From: Spirochaetota bacterium
Lineage (GTDB): Bacteria > Spirochaetota > Spirochaetia > Treponematales > UBA12059
NCBI GenBank assembly: GCA_022703505.1
Contig: JAKLDN010000001.1
Span: 219,389 to 283,388 of the forward strand
Direction: 5' to 3'
Length of the DNA: 64,000 bases
The notes beneath the pieces are model-generated. The model saw only the letters and a program-made list of their open reading frames with translations, searched no databases and had not been told where the DNA came from. Shown here piece after piece: positions 56,333 through 64,000 of the stretch (its first letter is position 1; every line of letters begins with the position of its first letter). Made by a program: the position numbers and the translations under genes.

Positions 56333-56867
56333 CCCGGTTACCCTCCCGGAACAGGGAAAGGAGCGCTTCCCGGGCCCGGAACACCCGGACCTTCACGTTC
56401 CCCTCGCTGATACCCAATACCCTGCCGATTTCCTTGTAGTTCAACAGACCGTATTCCTTCAGTACGAGCACCATTCGGAGGTTCTCCGGCAGCATCTCGA
56501 GCTTTTCCTTCACTTCCTCCGCGGTGAACCGCCGGAGGGTCTCGTCTTCGGCGGACGAGGATTCCTCGTCGGACTCCCGGAAGTACCGCTCGTATGCCCT
56601 GGCTTCCCGCCCCTTCCGCTTGGCCCAATTGAGGGCGTTGTTCTTGACGACCCGGATGAGCCAGTACTTGGCGTCATCCTGGGAAGGGAAGGGAATACTC
56701 TTCTGCATCAGCCGTTCGAAAGAGTCGTGCACTACGTCCTGCGCGGCCTCCTCCGAACCGGTGATGCGGTACGCTATCCGGTAGAGCAGGGTGAACGCCG
56801 CGTCGTAGAGCGCGCGAATCCGCTCCGGGCCGAACCCTTCCTCCCTGTTAAACAAAACCCCGCTCAC
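56322..56867 (-). CDS. ECF-type sigma-70 family factor
   Basis: Region 2 reads AQDVVHDSFERL. Region 4 reads LKEYGLLNYKEIGRVLGISEGNVKVRVFRAREAL. Confidence 0.9.
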   Translation of the reverse strand: MSGVLFNREEGFGPERIRALYDAAFTLLYRIAYRITGSEEAAQDVVHDSFERLMQKSIPFPSQDDAKYWLIRVVKNNALNWAKRKGREARAYERYFRESDEESSSAEDETLRRFTAEEVKEKLEMLPENLRMVLVLKEYGLLNYKEIGRVLGISEGNVKVRVFRAREALLSLFREGNRDVS

Positions 56868-56883
56868 GATCGTTACAGGGCCT

Positions 56884-58314
56884 TCACGAGAGCTTCCAGG
56901 TGGTGCCGGAGGGGCCGTCCGTCAGGAGAACCCCCTCGGCCTTCAGTTCGTCCCGGATCGCGTCCGCCCGGGCCCAGTCCTTGGCCTTCTTGGCCGCGGC
57001 GCGCTCCGCGATGCGGCGCTCGATCTGGGCGGCCCGCTCGGGAGAGGCCGCCTTCTCCTCCGGGGCGGCTTCCGCGGCTTCCCGCAGCCCCAGGCCCAGG
57101 ACCCGGTCCATGTCATAGGCCCCGGCCAGGGCCTCCGGGGGGGTAACTTCGGGGTCCCGGAGAAGCCCCCACAGGTCCGCCAGGGCCCGGGGAAGGGCCA
57201 GGTCCTCGGCAAGGTGATCCGCGAAGGCGTCCAGCCAGACCCGGGCCTTGCCGTCCGCGGGGACGGCCGGCGCCGGCTCGGCCTGGGACCGGAGGGTCCG
57301 GAGGCGCTCGCCCAGGGAGCGGCGGGAGGCCCGGGCGGAGTCCAGGGCCTCGAAGGAGAACTGGAGCTGGGACCGGTAGTGGCCACCCAGGCAGAAGTAC
57401 CGGTAGTCCAGGGGCTCGTATCCCGCGTCCGTCAGGGACCGGAGGGTCAGGAAGCTCCCGGAGGACTTGGACATCTTGCCTTTGCCCATCACAAGGAACT
57501 CCCCGTGGAGCCAGTACTTGACCCAGGGCTTACCGGTGGCGGACTCGGACTGGGCTATCTCGTTGGTGTGGTGGATGGGGATGTGGTCGATCCCGCCCGC
57601 GTGGATATCGATGCTCTCGCCCAGGTACTTCATGCTCATGGCGGAGCACTCGATGTGCCAGCCCGGGTACCCGCTTCCCCAGGGGCTGTCCCAGACCAGG
57701 GCCTGGTTCTCGAACTTGCCCTTCGTGAACCAGAGCACGAAGTCGTAGGGATTGCGCTTGTTGGCGTCCACCTCGATCCGGGCCCCGGCCTTGAGGTCCT
57801 CCAGGTTGAGGAGGGCGAGCCGGCCGTAACCGGGGAACCGGGACACGTCGAAGTAGAGGTTGCCCCCTGCGAAATAGGTGTACCCGTTGGCCTCGATGCG
57901 CCGGATGAGATCGATCATGTCGGCCACATGCTCGGTCGCCTTGCAGACCACGTCGGGGCGCCGGATGTTGAGGAGCCCGGTGTCCCGGAAGAAGGCGTCC
58001 GTATAGAACCGGGCGATCTCCAGGACGCTCTGGCCCCGCTCCCGGGCGCTCTTCACCATCTTGTCGTCCCCGGAGTCGTCGTCCCCGGTGAGGTGCCCCA
58101 CGTCCGTGATGTTCATCACGTGCCGAACCTCGTATCCCAGGTACCGGAGGGCCCGGGCCAGGGTGTCCTCGAAGACGTACATGCGGAGGTTGCCGATGTG
58201 GGCGAAGTTGTAGACCGTGGGCCCGCAGCCGTAGAAGCCGACCTTTCCGGGATGTACGGGTTGGAACTCCTGGAGTTCCCTGCCGAGGGTGTTGAACAGC
58301 CGGATCGGGTGCAC
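56884..58314 (-). CDS. cysS: cysteinyl-tRNA synthetase
   Basis: HIGN (HIGH), KMSKS and the Zn-ligand context are present. The start is probably GTG 58314, which has an AGGAGG 7 nt upstream; the track start is TTG 58320. Confidence 0.95.
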   Translation of the reverse strand: MHPIRLFNTLGRELQEFQPVHPGKVGFYGCGPTVYNFAHIGNLRMYVFEDTLARALRYLGYEVRHVMNITDVGHLTGDDDSGDDKMVKSARERGQSVLEIARFYTDAFFRDTGLLNIRRPDVVCKATEHVADMIDLIRRIEANGYTYFAGGNLYFDVSRFPGYGRLALLNLEDLKAGARIEVDANKRNPYDFVLWFTKGKFENQALVWDSPWGSGYPGWHIECSAMSMKYLGESIDIHAGGIDHIPIHHTNEIAQSESATGKPWVKYWLHGEFLVMGKGKMSKSSGSFLTLRSLTDAGYEPLDYRYFCLGGHYRSQLQFSFEALDSARASRRSLGERLRTLRSQAEPAPAVPADGKARVWLDAFADHLAEDLALPRALADLWGLLRDPEVTPPEALAGAYDMDRVLGLGLREAAEAAPEEKAASPERAAQIERRIAERAAAKKAKDWARADAIRDELKAEGVLLTDGPSGTTWKLS

Positions 58315-58349
58315 GGGCAAGCCTCCTGGCGGCGCCGGGAACGGCCTCG

Positions 58350-58379
58350 TTGCGGGCCGTGAACGATTTCCTGTACAAT
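58350..58379 (+). promoter_or_regulatory. promoter placing the murB ATG at the transcription start (leaderless candidate)
   Basis: TTGCGG, an 18-nt spacer, then TACAAT (58374-58379). Seven nt follow before the ATG at 58387, with no SD. Confidence 0.45.
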
Positions 58380-58386
58380 TCGGGAC

Positions 58387-59310
58387 ATGCCTACGGTACG
58401 GGAATTCCTGGAAAAAATCAAGTTCGACGGCCCGGTGAGCTACGGCGAGCCCATGTCGGGGCGCACGACCTTCCGGATCGGGGGCCCCGCGGACGCCCTC
58501 GCCGAGCCCCGGACCCGGGAATCCCTGGCCGCCCTGCTCTCCGCCGCCCGCTCGGAGGGCCTGCCCGTCTTCCTCCTGGGGGGCGGGGCCAACCTCCTGG
58601 TTCGGGACGGAGGGATCCGGGGCCTCGTGGTCTCGACCCGGGGGCTGGCGGGGCTTCGGATCACGGAGGCGGGGATCGAGGCGGAGGCCGGGGTGCCCGT
58701 CACGGACCTCGTAGGCGCGGCCGCGGAGGCGGGCCTGTCGGGCCTGGAGTTCGCGGCGGGCCTGCCGGGTTCCGTGGGAGGGGCCGTCTACATGAACGCC
58801 CGGTGCTACGAGCGGGAGTTCGCGGACCTCATGACCCGGGTGGACTACCTGGACTCTCGGGGGAATTTAGGCTCCCTGGTCCCGGCCAAGGGCGAATGGG
58901 CCTACAAGAGCACCCCCTTCATGCCGGGCGGGCTCCAGTCCGGCTCCGTGGTCCTGGGCGCGGAATTCCGCCTGAGACCCGGGGAAAAACCCGCCATCCT
59001 CTCCCGGATGCGGGAACTGGAGGCGGACCGGGCCGCCAAGGGGCACTTCGACTTCCCCTGCGCAGGCAGCGTCTTCAAGAACGACCGCCGCTTCGGCCGG
59101 CCCACGGGCAGGATCCTGGACGAGCTGGGCTTCCGGGGCCGCGCCTTGGGCACCGCGGCGGTCTCGGAAAAGCACGCCAACATCTTCGTGAATCCCGGCT
59201 CCGCCACCGCCGCGGACATGCTCGCCCTTATTGAGCAGGCCCGCCGGGAAGCCCGGGAGCGGTACGGTTACGAGCTGGAGACGGAGGTGGTCATAGTCGG
59301 TGAACCGTGA
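58387..59310 (+). CDS. murB: UDP-N-acetylenolpyruvoylglucosamine reductase
   Basis: The FAD-binding PCMH domain has TFRIGGPA and LGGGANLL. The C-terminal part has AGSVFKN. Confidence 0.9.
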   Translation: MPTVREFLEKIKFDGPVSYGEPMSGRTTFRIGGPADALAEPRTRESLAALLSAARSEGLPVFLLGGGANLLVRDGGIRGLVVSTRGLAGLRITEAGIEAEAGVPVTDLVGAAAEAGLSGLEFAAGLPGSVGGAVYMNARCYEREFADLMTRVDYLDSRGNLGSLVPAKGEWAYKSTPFMPGGLQSGSVVLGAEFRLRPGEKPAILSRMRELEADRAAKGHFDFPCAGSVFKNDRRFGRPTGRILDELGFRGRALGTAAVSEKHANIFVNPGSATAADMLALIEQARREARERYGYELETEVVIVGEP

Positions 59311-59435
59311 ACGGTGAACATAGGACAGTGGACGGGAAGGTGCGACCGTAACCCGCCGCATTCCGCGCCGATGCGTGGAACTCGGCCGCGTTCGTGTGCC
59401 GCTTCCGTCCACTGACCACCGTCCACCGTTTACAG
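59299..59435. repeat. inverted GTGAAC/GTGGAC heptamer arrays (locus D)
   Basis: The left arm at 59299-59336 reads GGTGAACCGTGAACGGTGAACATAGGACAGTGGACGG and overlaps the murB stop. The right arm at 59405-59435 reads CCGTCCACTGACCACCGTCCACCGTTTACAG. Confidence 0.8.
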
Positions 59436-59471
59436 CTTGCGTTCCCCGCTATCTCGCATTAGCATATACAT

Positions 59472-62048
59472 ATGGACCTCACGCTTCCCGTCACCGACCC
59501 GGTCGGCGTCTTTTTTATTCTCTTCGCCGCCCTCTTCGCGGCCCCCATCCTGGCGGAACTGGTCCGACTGCCCGGACTGGTGGGGACGGTGCTCGCGGGA
59601 ATGCTCCTGGGACCCCACGCCCTGGGACTGCTCGACGCCGGCGCCTTCCTGGAAACCCTGGGAGGCTTCGGCCTTCTGTACATCTTCTTCACCGCGGGAC
59701 TGGAGCTCGACCTCCGCAAGCTTCGCCGGAAATCCGCCGACGCCGTCGTCTTCGGGGGGCTGACCTTCCTGATCCCCCTCGGGCTGGGGTACGCGGCGGG
59801 GATCCTGGTGTTCGGCCTGCCCGTGGTGCCCGCCGTCCTGTTCGGAAGCCTCTTCGCCTCCCACACGATGCTGCCCTATCCCATCGTCCAGGCGATGGGC
59901 CTGTCCGGAAGCCGGGCGGTGTACGCCTCCGTCGGGGCCACGACGATAACGGACATCCTGGCCATGTTGGCCCTGGCCCTCACGACCGCCGGTTCCGGTC
60001 CGGGCTGGGAGTTCTGGCTCAAGACCCTGGGGATCCTCACCGCCTGGACCGTCGGGGCGGCCCTGCTCCTGCCGCCGCTCATCAGCCGGTTCTTCCGGCG
60101 GATCAAGTCCGGTGGGTCTTCTGAGTTCCTCTTCGCCCTGGCGGTGGCCTTCTTCTGCTCCGCCGCCGCGGCCCTGGCCGGGATCGAGCCGGCCGTGGGA
60201 GCCTTCGCCGCGGGCATCCTCCTGAACCGCCACATTCCCGAGCGCAGCGGCCTCATGTCCCTGCTCAAGTTCGCCGGGGATGCCCTGTTCATCCCCCTGT
60301 GCGTGCTGTACATAGGCGTCCTCACCGATGCGAGGGCCCTGCTCACGGACGGGCGCATGGCCGCCCTCGCCGCGGTCATGCTGGGGGTGGTGCTGGTCTC
60401 CAAGTACGCCTCCTCCCTCTTCCTCAAGCCCCTGTTCGGCTTCTCCCTGGGGGAGGTGAACATCTCCTTCGGGCTTTCCGTCAACCAGACGGCGTCCACC
60501 CTGGCCGCCGCCCTGGTCGGGTATCGGCTGGGACTGCTCGGGGAGGCCGTCTTGAACGGGACGGTGGTCATGTTCATCGTGACCTGCGCCCTGGGACCCT
60601 TCGTCACCCGAAGGGCCGCGTCCGCCCTGGCGGTGGAATCCACCCGGGGGCAGGCGGGACCCGGGCTCACGGGGGAGCGGATCCTGATCGCGGTCTCCAA
60701 TCCCGGCACCCTCCGCCCCTTGACGGACTTCGCGTTCCTGATGCGGGACCCGAAGTCTCCGGAGCCGGTCCTGCCGGTCTGCGTGGTCCAGGACTCGCCC
60801 AACGCGGACCGGGACCTGGAGCAGGCCGAGACGGTCCTGGCCCAGGCCATCGCCCAGGGCGTGGCCGAGGGAGTCCCGGTCAAGCCCTCCACCCGGGTCA
60901 GCCTCAACGCGGCGGAAGGCATCCTGCAGGCCGCCGAGGACCAGGAGGCCACGACGGTGCTGGTGGGATGGAACCGCCCGCCCCGGCCGTCGGGGGCCAT
61001 CTTCGGGGACGTCATCGACCAGGTGGTGGCGGGAGGCCGCCACCTGACCGTCGTGGCCCGCCTGCGCAGGCCCCTGCCGGAGTCACCTTCCCTGGTCCTG
61101 GTGGTCCCGCCCTTCGCGGAGAGGAATCCCGGAGCGGCCCGGGCCTACGCCCTCATGCGGCGGATCCTGGGCGGCGTTCCCGCCAAGCTCACGGTGTTGA
61201 CCCTGGCCTCCGACTCCTCCGGGGTCCGCGATTCCCTGCGGCGCATCCGGGGAGCGGCTCCCCACATCCAGGAGCTGGAATCCTGGAAGGAATTCTCCGG
61301 TGCGATCGCCAAGCAGCCCGAGGGAACCGCCTTCCTCTTCCTCTGTCCCCGGCCGGGACGCCTGGCCTGGCATCCCTACCTGGAACAGCTGCCCCGGGAC
61401 GCGGCCGAGGCCTTCCCGGACTCGACCCTGATGGTGACCTACCTTCCGGACGAAGGAGGCGGCGCGGAGAACTACCCGGCCGCGGCCGCGGAGTCCGTCT
61501 CGGGTCCGGCCGGGGAGGCGGCCGGCCCCGCTGCGGAAGGCACGACGCCCGCGCCGGCTCCGGCCGCCGAGGGGATACCCGAGCCCGCTGCTCCTCCCGA
61601 CTCCTCGGACCTCTTCTATCGGACCCTGGCCGGGTCCGGCCGGGTCATCCCCGACTTGCCCGCGGCGGCCGTGGTGGACGCCGTCCGGATCCTCCTGGAA
61701 CGGGGGTTCCCGGGCGACCGGAGGAGCGTGAACCGCCTGACCGGGATCTACGCGGAGATAGCCCAGAAACAGCCCATCGAGCTGGCCCCCGGAGTCCTCC
61801 TCCTGCACGCCCACGTGGACAATATCGAGGAGCCCCGCATCCTGATCGGAGCCAAGCCCGCGGGACTCCGTCTGCTGGCCCTGGAGGAGCCCATCCGGAT
61901 CGTGGTCCTGCTCTGCGCGCCGAGTTCCCAGTCCCCGGAGGACCACCTCCGGACCCTTTCCCTGATCGCCCAGGCCCTGAAGCGCCCGGAACGGGTGGCC
62001 CGGATCCTGGCCGCCAAGACCGAGGAGGATCTCCGGGAAGACTCCTAG
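59472..62048 (+). CDS. CPA2-family cation:proton antiporter fused to a Usp-like region and a C-terminal PTS EIIA(type 2) domain
   Basis: The N-terminal 380 aa or so form a Na_H_exchanger-type membrane domain. The C-terminal part has LLLHAHV and IRIVVLLCAP, characteristic of EIIA-Ntr/Fru-type domains. Confidence 0.85.
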   Translation: MDLTLPVTDPVGVFFILFAALFAAPILAELVRLPGLVGTVLAGMLLGPHALGLLDAGAFLETLGGFGLLYIFFTAGLELDLRKLRRKSADAVVFGGLTFLIPLGLGYAAGILVFGLPVVPAVLFGSLFASHTMLPYPIVQAMGLSGSRAVYASVGATTITDILAMLALALTTAGSGPGWEFWLKTLGILTAWTVGAALLLPPLISRFFRRIKSGGSSEFLFALAVAFFCSAAAALAGIEPAVGAFAAGILLNRHIPERSGLMSLLKFAGDALFIPLCVLYIGVLTDARALLTDGRMAALAAVMLGVVLVSKYASSLFLKPLFGFSLGEVNISFGLSVNQTASTLAAALVGYRLGLLGEAVLNGTVVMFIVTCALGPFVTRRAASALAVESTRGQAGPGLTGERILIAVSNPGTLRPLTDFAFLMRDPKSPEPVLPVCVVQDSPNADRDLEQAETVLAQAIAQGVAEGVPVKPSTRVSLNAAEGILQAAEDQEATTVLVGWNRPPRPSGAIFGDVIDQVVAGGRHLTVVARLRRPLPESPSLVLVVPPFAERNPGAARAYALMRRILGGVPAKLTVLTLASDSSGVRDSLRRIRGAAPHIQELESWKEFSGAIAKQPEGTAFLFLCPRPGRLAWHPYLEQLPRDAAEAFPDSTLMVTYLPDEGGGAENYPAAAAESVSGPAGEAAGPAAEGTTPAPAPAAEGIPEPAAPPDSSDLFYRTLAGSGRVIPDLPAAAVVDAVRILLERGFPGDRRSVNRLTGIYAEIAQKQPIELAPGVLLLHAHVDNIEEPRILIGAKPAGLRLLALEEPIRIVVLLCAPSSQSPEDHLRTLSLIAQALKRPERVARILAAKTEEDLREDS

Positions 62049-62115
62049 GAGCCTGTCGGACCTGTAGATCTTTAGCGCCTATCGGCGCTAAAGATTCCGA
62101 TTATCCGCCTCCTAG
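62045..62115. mobile_element. CTAG-bounded hairpin element (subfamily 1)
   Basis: CTAG-GAGCCTGTCGGACCTGTAGATCTTTAGCGCC-TATC-GGCGCTAAAGATTCCGATTATCCGCCTC-CTAG. The first CTAG contains the antiporter stop. Confidence 0.8.
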
Positions 62116-62123
62116 TCCCGCCC

Positions 62124-63974
62124 CTATTCCGCCATGGACACCACGGCCAGGGCGCCCCGTCCGGCGTTCAGGGCGATGACCGAGGAGATCTCCATGACGT
62201 ACTCCGGGGGGAAGCCCAGGGCCGCCTCCAGACGCCGGACCAGGTCCTGCGCCCCCTCCGGGTCGTGGGCGTGCACCACCGCGTAGTTCCGGAGCTTCCC
62301 GGACCGGTGCTTGGCCAGGGTCATATCCAGGATCCTTTTCAGGTTGGCCTCCACACTGAAGGCCTTGCCGTACAGTTTCGAGGAGCCGTCCCTCTCCAGG
62401 GACACGATGGGCTTGAGGTTCAGGATCTTCGCGGCCAGGCCCTGGAGGGGGCTGACCCGGCCGCCCCGGACCATGTAGCGCAGGGTCCGCACGGAGACCA
62501 GGATGTCCGCCTTGTCGGACCAGGCCGGAAGGTCCGCCAGGATGCGGTCGTGGGACCGGCCCTCCGCCACGGCCCGGGCGGTCCGGAGGACCACGAGGCC
62601 CAGGGAGCCGGACAGGTGTCGGGAATCCACGACGTCGATGCGCTTCCCGGTCTCCGCCGCGACCTGTTCCGCCGCGCGCCGGCTGGCCTCCAGGGTGCCG
62701 GAAAGCTTTCCCGCAAGATGCACCGCGATGATCGAATCGTAACGTTCCGCCAGGAACCGGTAGGTCCGGAGGAAGACGGCCCCCGAGGGCTGGGAGGACT
62801 TGGGGAAGGACGGGGCCCTGTCCGCGAGCTCGTAGAAACGCTCCGGGGAGAGGGTCCTGCGGTCCAGGTATTCCACCTCCCCCACCCGGATATGGAGGGG
62901 CACGACGTGGACCTGGTATTCCTCCAGGAGCGCCGCGGGAAGGTCGCAGCCCGAATCCGTGACCACGGCGATGGGGTATTTACGGACATGGGCGGTCAGG
63001 AACTGCTCCTTCATGTCGTCCACCTTCTGCTGGAGGACGTCCCCCCGGGCGGACAGGCGTTCGATCAGGTCCGCCGGACGGTCCGTGTGGATATGGATCC
63101 GGAGCTTCCTGCGGTTCCCGGCCACGATCAGGGAATCCCCCAGGTCGGAGACCTCCGACCGTATGGATTCCGGGTCCAGGTCCCGGCCCACCACCAGGGC
63201 TTCCGTGCAGTACCGGTGTCTGAGTTCCGAAAGGTCGTGGAGGTCCGGGGCTTCCCCTCCCGGATCCAGGTCCGAGATGTCCAGGGCTTCGTCCGCATCC
63301 TCTCCGCCTTCCACGTAGGAGTGGGCCCCCGCCACAAAGGCGACGAAGCCGGAAGCCCCCGCGTCCACGACCCCGGCGGCCTTGAGCTCCGCCAGGCGGT
63401 TGGGGGTGTCGGCCAGGGAGCTGTGCAGGGCCGGAAGGGTGCCCCCCAGGAGTTCCCGGAAATTCCGTGCCCGGCCGAGCTCGGCCCGCAGGGCGGCCGC
63501 CCAGTCCCCGATCAGGGACAGGATGGTGCCGTCCCGGGGGTTGGAGATGGCGGAACGGGCCCGGGAATAGGCGTTTTCCACCGCGGCCACGAACTTCTCC
63601 ATGCTGATGGTGGCCGCGTCCGTGAGGGCCTCGTAGAATCCCGAGATGAACTGGGCGAAGATGACCCCCGAGTTCCCCCGGGCCCCGGCCAAAGCCGCGT
63701 CGGCTATGTTCTCCATGGTCTTGCCGGCGGAATCCGTGGGCCGGGAACTCTCCACCGCGGAGGCCAGGGTGGCGGCCAGGTTGGTACCGGTATCGCCGTC
63801 GGGCACGGGAAAGACGTTGATCCGGTCCAGCTCCTTGCGGACTCCCAGTACGCGCCGGGCCCCCGCCCGGAATACCCGGTAGATCTGATGTCCGTCGAGT
63901 TCGTGCATCGGTCCTCCACGTTCGGCTGAAACCGCCGGTGCCTCATCGCGAATCCAAGGATACTGGTTCGACAC
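62124..63974 (-). CDS. DAK2 (DhaL-like) domain fused to a DegV fatty-acid-binding domain
   Basis: The N-terminal part has PDGDTGTNL and ARGNSG (DhaL/FakA-N type). The C-terminal part has IAVVTDSGCDLP and the DegV layout. The true start may be ATG 63908 (MHELDG). Confidence 0.8.
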   Translation of the reverse strand: MSNQYPWIRDEAPAVSAERGGPMHELDGHQIYRVFRAGARRVLGVRKELDRINVFPVPDGDTGTNLAATLASAVESSRPTDSAGKTMENIADAALAGARGNSGVIFAQFISGFYEALTDAATISMEKFVAAVENAYSRARSAISNPRDGTILSLIGDWAAALRAELGRARNFRELLGGTLPALHSSLADTPNRLAELKAAGVVDAGASGFVAFVAGAHSYVEGGEDADEALDISDLDPGGEAPDLHDLSELRHRYCTEALVVGRDLDPESIRSEVSDLGDSLIVAGNRRKLRIHIHTDRPADLIERLSARGDVLQQKVDDMKEQFLTAHVRKYPIAVVTDSGCDLPAALLEEYQVHVVPLHIRVGEVEYLDRRTLSPERFYELADRAPSFPKSSQPSGAVFLRTYRFLAERYDSIIAVHLAGKLSGTLEASRRAAEQVAAETGKRIDVVDSRHLSGSLGLVVLRTARAVAEGRSHDRILADLPAWSDKADILVSVRTLRYMVRGGRVSPLQGLAAKILNLKPIVSLERDGSSKLYGKAFSVEANLKRILDMTLAKHRSGKLRNYAVVHAHDPEGAQDLVRRLEAALGFPPEYVMEISSVIALNAGRGALAVVSMAE

Positions 63975-64000
63975 CCCCGCGGCAATAAAAATTGCAGGAA

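Overview
This is a visibly GC-rich bacterial chromosomal segment. It is densely coding, with about 57 supportable protein genes, many joined by ATGA/GTGA stop-start overlaps. Most long ORFs in the six-frame track are GC-driven artefacts antisense to, or out of frame with, the real genes.

Gene content is core metabolism plus signalling:
- A complete but unusually compacted histidine operon: hisG, hisC, hisB, a hisH-hisF fusion, a hisA-hisI-hisE fusion and hisD.
- An operon encoding a heme-sensor adenylate cyclase, a cytochrome P460-like lipoprotein and a SulP transporter.
- Signalling and motility genes: an MCP, CheW, FlgM, a GGDEF cyclase and a dual cNMP-binding protein.
- Housekeeping genes: efp and epmA, recG, cysS, murB, glyA, queG, rsmI, an H+-PPase and a flavodoxin.
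- An ECF sigma / anti-sigma / TIG-transglutaminase operon.
- An SdpR-SdpI-CPBP cassette.
- A WYL regulator next to a DAGK-like kinase.
- A DAK2-DegV fusion and a CPA2 antiporter carrying a PTS-EIIA domain.

I see no CRISPR array, transposase, integrase, phage genes or rRNA. One tRNA 5' fragment lies at the left edge.

The most unusual content is non-coding:
1. A His-codon leader peptide with two tandem terminators and mutually exclusive pairings upstream of hisG.
2. A family of about 70-bp CTAG-bounded hairpin (MITE/REP-like) elements. They show compensatory stem changes, and their terminal CTAGs supply the stop codons of six flanking genes.
3. A family of inverted tandem hepta/octamer (GTGAAY / RTTCAC) arrays at five or more intergenic loci, next to TATACT -10 boxes in at least three cases.
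4. A 3.1-copy 64-bp tandem repeat between convergent genes.
5. Several genes whose ATG sits 5-8 nt after a good -10 box with no Shine-Dalgarno, suggesting leaderless mRNAs.

All functional calls come from motif recognition in the supplied translations. No database search was run.
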